Shown in pieces: positions 40,784 to 52,667 of a stretch of 64,000 nt of DNA. The position numbers were made by a program, and so were the translations under genes. The notes under the pieces were generated by a model. It saw only the letters and a program-made list of their open reading frames with translations, was not told the DNA's origin and made no database searches. This DNA is from Planctomycetota bacterium (GTDB taxonomy: Bacteria; Planctomycetota; B15-G4; JADJEK01), in the NCBI GenBank assembly GCA_044225365.1, contig JBGAIQ010000002.1, positions 192,001 to 256,000 on the forward strand. The letters run 5' to 3'. Each line of letters begins with the position of its first letter. The first letter of the stretch is position 1.

Positions 40784-41530
40784 ATGCGAGTCAAAGTCGT
40801 CATACCGGCGCTCGACGAAGAGGACGCGATCGGTCTCGTGCTCGAGGCACTTCCTCGCGGTCGTCTCGAGGTGGGAGGGCGGAGCGTCGAGATCGCGGAG
40901 GTGATCGTCGTCGACAACGGGAGTCGAGACGCGACCGCCGCCGTCGCTCGCCGTCATGGTGCGCGGGTCGTCGCGGAGCCGCGGCGCGGCTACGGCTCGG
41001 CCTGCCTCGCCGGGATCGAGGCCGCCGGAGACTGCGACGTGATCGCCTTCCTCGACGCCGATTTCTCGGATCATCCCGAGGAGATCGTTCGACTGCTCGA
41101 ACCGCTCGTGCGAGGCGAGGCCGATCTCGTCATCGGTTCGCGAATGCTCGACGCGGCGAGTCGCCGCGCGCTGTTTCCACAGGCGCGGTTCGGCAATTGG
41201 CTCGCATCACGCCTGCTTCGTCTCGTCTACGGTGTCGAAGTCTCCGACCTCGGACCGTTCCGCGCGGTCCGGGTGGAGGCTCTGCGCCGAATCGGAATGC
41301 GCGATCGCGACTACGGTTGGACCGTCGAGATGCAGGCCCGCGCCTTCGCGCTGGGGTTGCGGGTCGTCGAGGTCAAGGTGAGCTACCGCAACCGGATCGG
41401 GGCCTCCAAGATCGCGGGAACCGTGAAGGGCACTTTGCGCGCCGGCACGAAGATCCTCTACACGATCGCGCGCGAATGGCTCACTTTCGCGCGCTCGCGA
41501 CGCCGTCGTCCGCCTTCGACTCCAGCTTGA
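40784..41530 (+). CDS. Glycosyltransferase family 2 (DPM1-like)
   Basis: VVIPALDEE, VVDNGSRDAT, RRGYGSAC, FLDAD, DLGPFRA, YGWTVEMQ. Confidence 0.93.
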   Translation: MRVKVVIPALDEEDAIGLVLEALPRGRLEVGGRSVEIAEVIVVDNGSRDATAAVARRHGARVVAEPRRGYGSACLAGIEAAGDCDVIAFLDADFSDHPEEIVRLLEPLVRGEADLVIGSRMLDAASRRALFPQARFGNWLASRLLRLVYGVEVSDLGPFRAVRVEALRRIGMRDRDYGWTVEMQARAFALGLRVVEVKVSYRNRIGASKIAGTVKGTLRAGTKILYTIAREWLTFARSRRRRPPSTPA

Positions 41531-42845
41531 GTTGGTGGCGAGTGCGGGTCACGACGATCTCGTCGGAGGATCCGACGAATACTCGCGGCACGACCAGCAC
41601 CGGCAGCCCCGGGCAGGTCACGTGCAGGTCGACGACCGACGGCTCGGGCATGCGCAGCACGAAGGAACCGTTCTCATCGGGAGTCGCTCGGACGGGGGCG
41701 AGATAGGGATCGATGCCGCTGCGCGAATCATGGGTGTCGCGGGTCTTCACGACTTCGACCGCGACGCCGTCGATACCGAAACCGTCTGGATCCGCGATCC
41801 GGCCGTGGATCGCGTGGCCTTCCGCGAGGCTGATTTCGGCGGGTAGGAATTCACCGTCGCGCAGGATCGCGAGGATCGAACTCGTCGCCCGAGCGAAGCC
41901 TTCGCTCTCGGCGACGATGAGATAGTGCGCGGCATTGAGGCCTTCGAAACGGAAGAGACCCTCTTGCCCGGTGATCAGCCAGCGCGCTTCGACGCCGTAG
42001 CCCTGCGCTTCCGTCGCGCGCGGCAGCACGATCCAGGAATCGTGTTTCGGCTGCGTCTCGAGGAGGAGGAGGGAGACACGAGTGTTCGCGGCGGGTCGCC
42101 CGTCCGGGCGCAGCACACGGCCCGTGATCGCGGCGCCGCGATGCAGCGTCACCTCGACGAGCGCGGTCCCGCCAGCAGGGGCGAAGATTCCCGACACGGT
42201 CGTGTCGTGATACGCGGCGAGACCGCCGACGCGGAGCGACGTCGCGATCTCCGGGAGCACGGGGCAGAGTCGGAACTTGCCATGTTCGTCGGTGAGCGCG
42301 AGTTTCAGAGGGAGCCGCGGATAGCTCGCACCCTCGGGGAGCTTCATCGCGAGACCGGTGTCGTAGTCGGTCATCACGACTGGCGTGACGGTCTTGCCCT
42401 GCAGGCCTCCGTCGCCCACGGCGACCCCGACGCCCTGCAGCGGTCTTCCCTGCTCGTCGCAAACGACGCCCTCGACGGCCGACGCTGGCGTGAGCGCGAG
42501 CGACGCGCTCTCGACGACGAGCCGCGCGGGCGTGATGACGAGTCGGATGGGTGACGCGAGATATCGCTCGTGATCGCGGGCATCGAGCAGCCAGGTGGAC
42601 GTCGCCACCTTCTCGAAGCGGAACGAGCCATCCTTCTGGGTGAGTGTCGAACGCATGCTGCTGTACGACAGCGGGCCGAGGTCGCGATCGAGCCGCGTGA
42701 GCCGCACGTCGGCGCCGTCGATCGGAGTGCCCTGGAGATCCGTGACCCGACCCGCGATCACTCCGGGATCGACGTTCTCGGGTTCACCCGCGCCCGCGAA
42801 GGACGCCGCCACCGCCGCAAGGACGAAGCATGCGAAGAAGCGCAT
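41481..42845 (-). CDS. Secreted protein with carboxypeptidase-regulatory-like (CarboxypepD_reg) repeats
   Basis: Signal peptide MRFFACFVLAAVAASFAGA; four GRV.D..G.P....V ... T...G.F repeats. Confidence 0.82.
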   Translation of the reverse strand: MRFFACFVLAAVAASFAGAGEPENVDPGVIAGRVTDLQGTPIDGADVRLTRLDRDLGPLSYSSMRSTLTQKDGSFRFEKVATSTWLLDARDHERYLASPIRLVITPARLVVESASLALTPASAVEGVVCDEQGRPLQGVGVAVGDGGLQGKTVTPVVMTDYDTGLAMKLPEGASYPRLPLKLALTDEHGKFRLCPVLPEIATSLRVGGLAAYHDTTVSGIFAPAGGTALVEVTLHRGAAITGRVLRPDGRPAANTRVSLLLLETQPKHDSWIVLPRATEAQGYGVEARWLITGQEGLFRFEGLNAAHYLIVAESEGFARATSSILAILRDGEFLPAEISLAEGHAIHGRIADPDGFGIDGVAVEVVKTRDTHDSRSGIDPYLAPVRATPDENGSFVLRMPEPSVVDLHVTCPGLPVLVVPRVFVGSSDEIVVTRTRHQLKLESKADDGVASARK

Positions 42846-42927
42846 GTCCTGCGTATCGGTTTCGAGGAGGGGCGAATGAAGGGAAAAGAACGGGCCTTCG
42901 CGCGGACTTCGTTCCGGCCGCGAAGGA

Positions 42928-43120
42928 TCAGGTATCGAAGCTTTGCCGAGCCTGCCCTTCGGCAGCGAGGCGGCTCGCGAATGTCGAGAGATCGACGGAG
43001 TGAATCGCCGCGACGAGGAGTCGGTCGAGTGTTTCGATGTGGTCGATCCGCGAAAGACCGTCCTCGACCTCGGGCGGGACTGCGTGGAATCGAGCGCGCA
43101 GGAGTTGCTCGATTTCGAGC
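42928..43120 (-). pseudogene. Remnant C-terminus of an Rpn/PD-(D/E)xK (DUF4351-like) putative transposase
   Basis: EQLLRARFHAVPPEVEDGLSRIDHIETLDRLLVAAIHSVDLSTF with no in-frame start codon in the intergenic gap. Confidence 0.55.
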
Positions 43121-43250
43121 GAGTCGAATGGTGAGCCCGCGATGAGACGAAGCGCGTTCCTCGTTCGGATTCGCCGCGCGTTCGTCGCGGCGTATGGGTG
43201 TGCGTGGCAGCGGGCGTCACGCCCAATACGCAGGTCGGGTTGGCCGGGCC

Positions 43251-43949
43251 TCAGTGCTCTTCTTGCATCAGGGCCGCGGGGATCCGCGTCGGTTTGATGT
43301 TCAGTCCGCCGGCGTCGTCGAGCGTCAGTTCGTACAACATCCCCTTCTCCATGCGGGTGTAGACGGCTTCGCCTTGAGCGATGCGGACGCCTTCCTGCTT
43401 TGCGAGTTCGGGGTTGTTCGCGAGCTGCCAGAAGCGTTCCCACAGCGCCCGTTCGGCGTCGGTCACGGTCTCGCGCGACCGATACGCGCGGGGGACCGCG
43501 TCGTCCTCGGCCGGATCGAGGGGCTTGCCTTCGCTCGGTTTCTGATGCTCCCCGTACATGCGGCGGAACAACAGGACGCTGCGGCCCTTCACGGGATCGC
43601 CGGCCTCGACCAGTTCGGGTTCGAACTTCAGGACGAGACCATCGAAGTAGACGACCTCGCCCTCGACGTCGGTCTCCACCGTGTGGACGGGCTTGCCGGC
43701 TTCGTCGACTTCGACGAAGCGGACTTTCGACCACACCTTCTGGGTCTTCTCGTCGGTCCATCTCCGGGCTACGACCGCCTGCGCGACGCGGCGTGTGCGA
43801 ATGAGTCGGCCGATCGCGGCGCGCTGCGCTTCGATCTCTCGCGTCTTCTCCGCCAGTTCCTGGTCGTGCGCGTGCACCATGCGCCAGCCGACGAAGCCGA
43901 AGGTGGCGAGCAGCGAGAGGAAGAGGAGCAGGATGAGATTGCGGAGCAT
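43251..43949 (-). CDS. Hypothetical protein with N-terminal membrane anchor and coiled coil
   Basis: GGAGG RBS; hydrophobic N-terminus; 232 aa. Confidence 0.8.
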   Translation of the reverse strand: MLRNLILLLFLSLLATFGFVGWRMVHAHDQELAEKTREIEAQRAAIGRLIRTRRVAQAVVARRWTDEKTQKVWSKVRFVEVDEAGKPVHTVETDVEGEVVYFDGLVLKFEPELVEAGDPVKGRSVLLFRRMYGEHQKPSEGKPLDPAEDDAVPRAYRSRETVTDAERALWERFWQLANNPELAKQEGVRIAQGEAVYTRMEKGMLYELTLDDAGGLNIKPTRIPAALMQEEH

Positions 43950-44020
43950 GTTCCGCCTCCGAAGGGAATCGTACTCCTACGGCGTGTGAAACGAATCGTT
44001 CGAACGAAATGCCGTGGTCG

Positions 44021-44431
44021 TCAGGATCGCCGATCGACGATCGCCCACGTGCCCTGGGCGCGTGCGACGAGGGTTCCATCGTCGCGAACGCACTCTCCCT
44101 CGACGAATGCGACCCGTTTCCCGCGCTTACTGACCCTTGCGAGCGCCGTGAGGCGCCCTTGGGCCTGGGCGAGGAACTGCACCGAGAGTTGAACGGTCGC
44201 CGTGAGCTGACCCGCTTCGAGCGTGCGAGCGCAACAGCGGCCCATCGCACCGTCGAGCAACATCATCGGCAGTGCTCCATGCACGATGCCGACCTCGTTG
44301 AGGTGCGACTCGTCCGTGTCGATCGAGAGTCGGACGCGTCCATCCGCGAGATCCTCCGTGCGGATGCCGAGCTTCTGATTGAAAGGCGAGTTCGGGACCG
44401 GATTCGACACGCGATTCTCCCTCGTCCGCAC
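44021..44431 (-). CDS. PaaI-family hotdog-fold thioesterase
   Basis: HLNEVGIVHGA...LLDGAMG, TVQLSVQFL, GKRVAF. Confidence 0.9.
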   Translation of the reverse strand: MRTRENRVSNPVPNSPFNQKLGIRTEDLADGRVRLSIDTDESHLNEVGIVHGALPMMLLDGAMGRCCARTLEAGQLTATVQLSVQFLAQAQGRLTALARVSKRGKRVAFVEGECVRDDGTLVARAQGTWAIVDRRS

Positions 44432-44450
44432 GCGCGGGACGCATGAAGGA

Positions 44451-45494
44451 CTACTGAACGATGACGACGCGACAGTTTCGGCACGCGACGGCGCCGTGCG
44501 CCTCCATCGCCGCCAGCGGGTTCATCTGACCACACGATCCGCACCGCAGACTGCGTCCGCCGCGCTCGCTCTCGAACTTCACGTGCCCACAGCGGATGCA
44601 CGACGCTTCGTCGAGCGCGGTGAACTTCCGACAGTTCGGGCAACGCGCGGTTCGTGGTCGGCCCTCGGTGTCCGACGTCGACTGGAGCGCTTCGACGATG
44701 CGATCGTACGCGCCCTGGATCGACTTGAACTTCTCCGCGGCCACGTCGGCGAACTCCTTGCCGAGGTGCTCGTAGCGATCGGGATGATAGGTCTTCACGT
44801 AATCGCGGTATCGCTCCCGTACGACCTTCTCCGGAGCGCCGGGCGGAAGATCGAGCACGCGGTAGTCGGCCTCGCTCGCGCGGCCACGCACGGTCACGAT
44901 GAAGTCGGCGCGGATGCCATCGTAGTCCGCCTGTGTGAGGTCGAGCCCGGCTGCGGCCTCCGTGAGACCGCGTTCGCGGTCGTACGTCAGCGGTCGAGTG
45001 AGAGCGACGCGGAACAACGAGAAGAGGATCTGGATGCGATCCTTGCGCGACGACTTCGCCATGGCAACGAGACGAGTCGCGGCTTGCCGCGCGGGCTCGG
45101 ATCCGCGCTTCGCTTCGGCGTTCAGCAGCGCGTCGATCGAGGCGATCTCCGCCGCACCGGCGCGTTGATCGACGACGAACCACGAGCGAGCTGCGACCCG
45201 AGCGACCTCGTCGAACTCACCGCCCTCGCGAGCCACGGCACCGAACAGTCGCACGTGCGCTTCGATGTGACGCATGCGCCACGCCGAGCCAGCGCCGCTC
45301 GGCACCGCGCCCCGCGGCGAAGGACCTCTCGAAGGACGCTGGCCGCTTCGATCGAGGACGCGCCGGCCAACGAGGACCCCGGCGAACGCGCAGATCAATG
45401 CCATGGGCATTCGCTTGAACAACACGATTCCGACCGCGGCGCCAACGACGGCGGCGAGCACATCGGCATCCCGAATCCACGCCTTCTTCTTCAC
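44451..45494 (-). CDS. DjlA-like membrane co-chaperone: TerB-like region, J-domain and C-terminal zinc ribbons
   Basis: N-terminal TMs; J-domain DYRVLDL...YHPDRY...KFKSIQGAY; CPNC, CIRC, CGSC, CRNC. GTG start overlaps the upstream stop. Confidence 0.82.
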   Translation of the reverse strand: MKKKAWIRDADVLAAVVGAAVGIVLFKRMPMALICAFAGVLVGRRVLDRSGQRPSRGPSPRGAVPSGAGSAWRMRHIEAHVRLFGAVAREGGEFDEVARVAARSWFVVDQRAGAAEIASIDALLNAEAKRGSEPARQAATRLVAMAKSSRKDRIQILFSLFRVALTRPLTYDRERGLTEAAAGLDLTQADYDGIRADFIVTVRGRASEADYRVLDLPPGAPEKVVRERYRDYVKTYHPDRYEHLGKEFADVAAEKFKSIQGAYDRIVEALQSTSDTEGRPRTARCPNCRKFTALDEASCIRCGHVKFESERGGRSLRCGSCGQMNPLAAMEAHGAVACRNCRVVIVQ

Positions 45495-47088
45495 TGCGTC
45501 GATGCCGGTTCGAGCTCGTGCGCCGCGCCGTCCACAGGGCAGGTCGGAGGGACGTGGAGGAGCTGGGCGATCGTGGGTGCGAGGTCGACGGACGAGAAGC
45601 GCTCGGTGCGCGTCGCGCGCGCCATGCCGGAGCGCAGGAACAGCATGGGAATGTGCTGGTCGTATTCGTGATGCGTGGAGTGATTCGTCTTCACGTAGCC
45701 GACGGTGTCGAGATAGTCGAGCTGCCAGTTCGGCTTGAACGCCAGGACGACATCGCCGCTGCGATCCGCGTTGAACGAACGGCGGAACGGGTCGGGCGCT
45801 ACCGGAACCGCGCGCGTCATCTGATCGCGAGTCCACGCATCCTCGATGCCCGGCAAGGTGCGCACGACTCGCGCCGCCGCCTCCTCGATCTCGCTCGCGC
45901 GGTGTCCGGAGTTCGTGATCGCGGCGCGATTCAGGTACACGTCGGGCAGCACTCCGTCCACCCAGTTCGATGCCCCGAACTCGCGATCGAGCGAATCGTC
46001 GATCGCGCGCGTCACCTTGGCGATCTGCAAACGACCGGCATCGAGTCCCTGCTGGACCAGGTGTTCGACGACCGGGCTCACGCCGTGATCGGCGGAGAAG
46101 GCGAACAAGACCGCGCCCTTCTCGCGCCGACTCTCGACCTCACGCAGGAAGCGTCCGAGCGTGCCATCGAGCCGCGCGTAGTAATCGGCGAGCTCTCGCG
46201 ACTCCGGCCCGTAGGCGTGACCGATGTAGTCGGACGCGGAGAGCCCGACGCAGAGCAGATCGGGCGCGTCGTCCTTGCCGAGATCCATTGCATCGATCGC
46301 GCGCAGCGCGAGTTCGAGAGTACGCTCGTCGCCGAGCGGGAAGAATGTGAAGTCCGCCGGTGATCTCACCACGTGGGGGAAGGTCGTGTCCTTCGTGGTC
46401 GCGAGCCCGTAGCGCCCTTCGTAGGCCATCGCATCCGCCGTCGCGCCGACCGCATCGAACTGGGCGTCGTCGAGGATCGGAGTCCAGCTCTTGCCGAACT
46501 CGGCTTCGGGCGGACGTTCGTCGTTGAAGCGTGCGACGAACGGCGGCAAGGTCGATGCGTACCAGGTGGAGGTCACGTAGCGGCCCGATTTGTCGTCCAG
46601 GAAGCAGCAGATGTCGGGATGCTGGCCACCGAGCAATGCCGCCGAACGATTCTTCAAGCCGAGCGCGACGACTCGTGATTCCTTGTTCTTCGCCTTCATC
46701 CAATCGCCTAGCGCCGGCACCAGGAGATCTCGCGAGGACGAGCCCGTTCCCTCACCGCCGACGAGCTTCGTCTGATCGTCGACGGCGGCGAGCTTGAACT
46801 TTCCTGGAGTCGAGGCCGGGATCTGGTTCGCGATCATCCCATTCCGCGCGGGGTTGCATCCCGTGATGAGCGTCGCGTGCCCTGGCGAAGTCGCAGTCAC
46901 TGCGTGTTCATGAAAGGCACGGGTGAAGCGAATGCTCTCGTCGCGCACTCGGCGCAGACCATCGGTGAGGACGGGTGAGAAGCGATCGAGGTAGTCCGCG
47001 CGCATCTGATCGATGACGACGAGGACGACGAGGCGCGGCGGCGCCTGTCGTTCGACCGAGCACAACGAAGCGAGCAGGAACAGCGAGT

Positions 47089-47101
<13 letters not shown>
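45491..47101 (-). CDS. Alkaline phosphatase family protein (PafA/PhoK, NPP-like)
   Basis: VVIDQMRADY, TATSPGHAT, SASDYIGHAYGP, SADHG, HSTHHEYDQHIP. Confidence 0.92.
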
Positions 47102-49314
<2,213 letters not shown>

Positions 49315-49328
49315 CGTTGGCCTCGTCC

Positions 49329-50393
49329 TCAAACCGTCGACTCGTCGTCGACGACGGCATAGCTCTGCGAACGCCCCCGCGGGCCCCGCGGTTGCGGTGC
49401 GTCGACCACCGGACTCCTGGCGTACACCAGTTCGGGATCGCGCTCGGTGCGGGGCGTCGTCGTCGCTCGGTAGATCGCGACGAGTCCGGCGCAGCGCGCG
49501 ACGATCAGCGCCATGAGGAGCCACAGCGCGAGTTGGAAGATCGTGATATGGAGTCCGATCGGGGAGAGGTGGAAGTCGAGCGCCCTTCCTTCGTCACCGA
49601 AGATCCCGCTGAGTGGCGCCCAGTCGCGATCGAGTGGGATGCGACGCATGAATTCGTCGACGCCGAAGAAGACAGCGAGGATGCAGGCGCCGTGGAACGC
49701 GGAGAACAAGAGCATCGTGAACGGGCGACGCAGGCACAGGTGGAGTCCCTGGAAGTAGCCGCGCAGCATCGAGCGATCGTCGTCGACGACCGCTCGGACG
49801 CGAGCGATCGAAGTCGGCATCAGGACGAGGAGCAGGAAGAGCGCGAGGAAGAGCACGGTCTTTCCGGCGAGCGCGTAACCGAGTAGCGATGCTGAAGCCG
49901 AACCGTCTCTCACTTCGTCGAAGTACCAGGTGAGCAGCGAACTCGCCTGCGCGTTGAGTTCGGCGAGGATCCACGTCGCAATCGCCGCGGGAACGAGTCC
50001 GCGCAGGAACGCGAAGAAGTTGCGGCCACAGGCCGCGAAGAATCCCGTGAGCGTCAGTTTGCGAGTCGGCTCGGCGAGCGCCGCGAGTGCGCCCCCTTCG
50101 ACGAAGATCCAGATCAGGAACCATGCGATCGACGCGACGGCGAGCGTCGCCGCGAGCGAGCCGAACGTCGCCGAATGGACTCGCATGAAATCGCCGACGA
50201 ATGCGCCGTCGTAGTGATCGAACAACTCGCGGGTCGAGGGCGAGGACGCGAGCTGAGTCTTGAACGTCTCGTAGATCGGCACGGCCACACAGGCCGAGAG
50301 AACGAGATTGGGCAGGTAAAGGAAGAACACGCTTCGCACGCTGAACAGCGCACGGGCGAGTCCTTTCACGGTCGCTTCGATCGCGAGCAGCAT
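49329..50393 (-). CDS. Polytopic membrane protein
   Basis: About 6 hydrophobic helices; first gene of the M1 peptidase operon. Confidence 0.8.
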   Translation of the reverse strand: MLLAIEATVKGLARALFSVRSVFFLYLPNLVLSACVAVPIYETFKTQLASSPSTRELFDHYDGAFVGDFMRVHSATFGSLAATLAVASIAWFLIWIFVEGGALAALAEPTRKLTLTGFFAACGRNFFAFLRGLVPAAIATWILAELNAQASSLLTWYFDEVRDGSASASLLGYALAGKTVLFLALFLLLVLMPTSIARVRAVVDDDRSMLRGYFQGLHLCLRRPFTMLLFSAFHGACILAVFFGVDEFMRRIPLDRDWAPLSGIFGDEGRALDFHLSPIGLHITIFQLALWLLMALIVARCAGLVAIYRATTTPRTERDPELVYARSPVVDAPQPRGPRGRSQSYAVVDDESTV

Positions 50394-50719
50394 GGATGGG
50401 TTCCTGAGGTCTCACGCGGCGCATCGCCTGCGCGTCATGGGTCCGACCCCACTCTACCAGCCTGTTGAAGAACTGGGCTGGCGTTCGCCCGGCTGCGGAG
50501 CGCGTGAGCTTCGTCGGACATCGTCACCATGTCTTTCCATTGGCATCGGCGTCCGCGCACGAAGGACTTCTCGCCGTTCACGCCGATCGGGGACCCTTCG
50601 AATTCTGGCGGCGTCTTGTGGCGAGGGCCCGGATTCGTTACGAATTCCGCCGCGTGAACGTGAGGCGATCGTCAAGGCGTCTCGAGGAATCGTCGAGGTT
50701 TCGAGTTATCGAGGTACTC

Positions 50720-51073
50720 ATGATCTCCATGCGGATGAAGTTCCTGCGCGGCGCCCTGTCCCTGCTCCCTCTGGTCGTCTTCGCTGCGTGCGAAGCGGCG
50801 CCCCAGCCGAGCCGCGACGCAGCCAAGGCAATCAAAATCGATCGTCACGCCGATCCTCGCACGCTGGTGATGCGCGGATCGGTCAGCGTCACGGTCGAGG
50901 TTCCACAGGCCTCCCTCGATCACGCCGAGGACTACGCGCTCGAGGCGCTCAAGCTCGAGGCCCTGCGGAAGCACCCGAGCACGACGATCCTGTTCGGGGT
51001 TCGGGTCGCGCCGGGCTCGGATTCCGCGAGTTACGTCGTGTCGGGCATCTGCGCGGAGAGCCGGCCGGACTGA
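50720..51073 (+). CDS. Small hypothetical lipoprotein
   Basis: GAGG RBS; lipobox FAAC. Confidence 0.65.
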   Translation: MISMRMKFLRGALSLLPLVVFAACEAAPQPSRDAAKAIKIDRHADPRTLVMRGSVSVTVEVPQASLDHAEDYALEALKLEALRKHPSTTILFGVRVAPGSDSASYVVSGICAESRPD

Positions 51074-51194
51074 GCGGTCGCGGCGACGTCCGGCCGCGAG
51101 CAATCTCGAGTTCGGCGCTTCTTCCCTTGCGGCGACTCGCGGCTCATTTCCGGCTGCGACGAATTGCTCGTCAAGACGCCCCTTCCCGAAACCG

Positions 51195-52082
51195 ATGAAA
51201 CGGACCCGCGATCGCAAGCGCCGGCTTGCCGCGGGTCGTTTTCATGGGCTTGGGAATCGATCCGCGATGTCGGCAACCTGGTCAGCAGACCGCTCTACGC
51301 CCGCCACCCTTCGAACCCGCAGCCAGGTCGATCCGTCCGATTCGGGCGGCGCGCGGCCGGCGTCGCGCTCGAACTCGATGTTCGACGCGCTGTCGCACGA
51401 GGTGGGGGCACCGGGGCCGGCGATCCTGCGAACGATCCAGAGCGCGCTCGCGGCGCGGTCGGTCTTCTTTCGTCGCGAGTTGCAGCATTGCCTCCATCGA
51501 ACCGACCCGCGAGTCACCCTCGCAGTCCTCGGACTCGGCGGAGACGGCCGCGACCTCTTCCAGTTCGCGATGCGGGAGCGCTGGTCGTCGGCGATCGACG
51601 CCCTCCTCGTCAGTCGGAGCTGCGATCGCGATGTCCTGGTGGAAGCGAGCGGCTGGTCGCGCGACGTGCTCGAGGGAGATGAATCCCTCGCGCGCTTCGA
51701 GGTTCGTCAGCAGTGCGTGCACGACTACTTGATGGAGGCAACCGCTGGAAGTGTCGCGTTTCGCGACCTCGTGCTGTGCCCCGATCTGCTCGACGAACAG
51801 GACGACATCCCGGCGAGTGACGATCTGCGGCGCGCGATCGAGCTCGTGCGTCCCGGCGGAATCGTCCTCTGCGCGAGTTTCGACAGCGAATTGACGGATG
51901 CCGAACTCGAATCGGCGGTAACGCTCGAGATCTCACGCACCCGCCCCCGCGCGCGAAGTGCCGACGATCTCGATCGAATCGTGACCCTCGCCGATCCGTC
52001 GCAGCGCCATCGCACCACTCAACTCGAACGCGGTCCGAACCGCTACTTGCTCCTGCGTCGCGGTGGAACCCTCCCGGTCTGA
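51195..52082 (+). CDS. Divergent class I SAM-methyltransferase-like protein
   Basis: VLGLGGDG (motif I-like), DLVLCPDLLD, LVRPGGIVL. Start uncertain. Confidence 0.5.
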   Translation: MKRTRDRKRRLAAGRFHGLGNRSAMSATWSADRSTPATLRTRSQVDPSDSGGARPASRSNSMFDALSHEVGAPGPAILRTIQSALAARSVFFRRELQHCLHRTDPRVTLAVLGLGGDGRDLFQFAMRERWSSAIDALLVSRSCDRDVLVEASGWSRDVLEGDESLARFEVRQQCVHDYLMEATAGSVAFRDLVLCPDLLDEQDDIPASDDLRRAIELVRPGGIVLCASFDSELTDAELESAVTLEISRTRPRARSADDLDRIVTLADPSQRHRTTQLERGPNRYLLLRRGGTLPV

Positions 52083-52600
52083 TTCGTTCGCTTCTTTATC
52101 GTGAGCCTCGGGCGCGTTGGCCGCGTCGTCGAAGTCGCATCTTCCATCGCTCGCGCGAGTGCGCGCGTGAGTTCGCTGCGACGGATGTGGGGCGCGGTCC
52201 GCTCCATCTCGCTCCTCGTCGTGAGTTCCGCACTGCGCGCGCGCGCGCGGGCGAAGAGCTCTCTCGCGAGTGCGCAGGGACCGAACTGCACGATCTTCAA
52301 GTACCCCGCGGCGAGTTGAATCAGCGTTTGGAGGAGGGCTCGCTCGTACCCAGTGGCGTCGTGCCATCGTTCCTCCCACACCTCGTGCGCTTCCCAGTAG
52401 AACGCCCGATTGAAGAGGTCGACGCCGTGGAGGAGTGCGGCGGCCGCGCTGCGCTGGCTCGCGCCGGAGTTGCGCAGATGACCAAGAGGGTGTCGCAGCG
52501 GATGGGGCATCGCTCCCGGGACGTAGCGGTACGGAGGGAGTCGTACGTGCCGCGCATAGCGCGGCAGAGCGGCTGAGCTCGCTTCAGGGACTCTTCGCAT
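52043..52600 (-). CDS. DUF309 family protein
   Basis: GVDLFNRAFYWEAHEVWEERW, LQTLIQLAAG. Confidence 0.85.
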   Translation of the reverse strand: MRRVPEASSAALPRYARHVRLPPYRYVPGAMPHPLRHPLGHLRNSGASQRSAAAALLHGVDLFNRAFYWEAHEVWEERWHDATGYERALLQTLIQLAAGYLKIVQFGPCALARELFARARARSAELTTRSEMERTAPHIRRSELTRALARAMEDATSTTRPTRPRLTIKKRTNQTGRVPPRRRSK

Positions 52601-52667
52601 CGGTGTCGCAGTATCGCACGAAGTGGGCGCGATGCGATCGTTCGTCCGCGCGGCGGGTGACCTGGGA

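Noticed and set aside
50560-50670. Irregular long hairpin (cgttcacgc/gcgtgaacg) in a divergent intergenic region, considered as 6S RNA or a riboswitch
   Set aside because: Pairing is short and plausible by chance at this GC content, and there are no recognisable conserved motifs or terminator.
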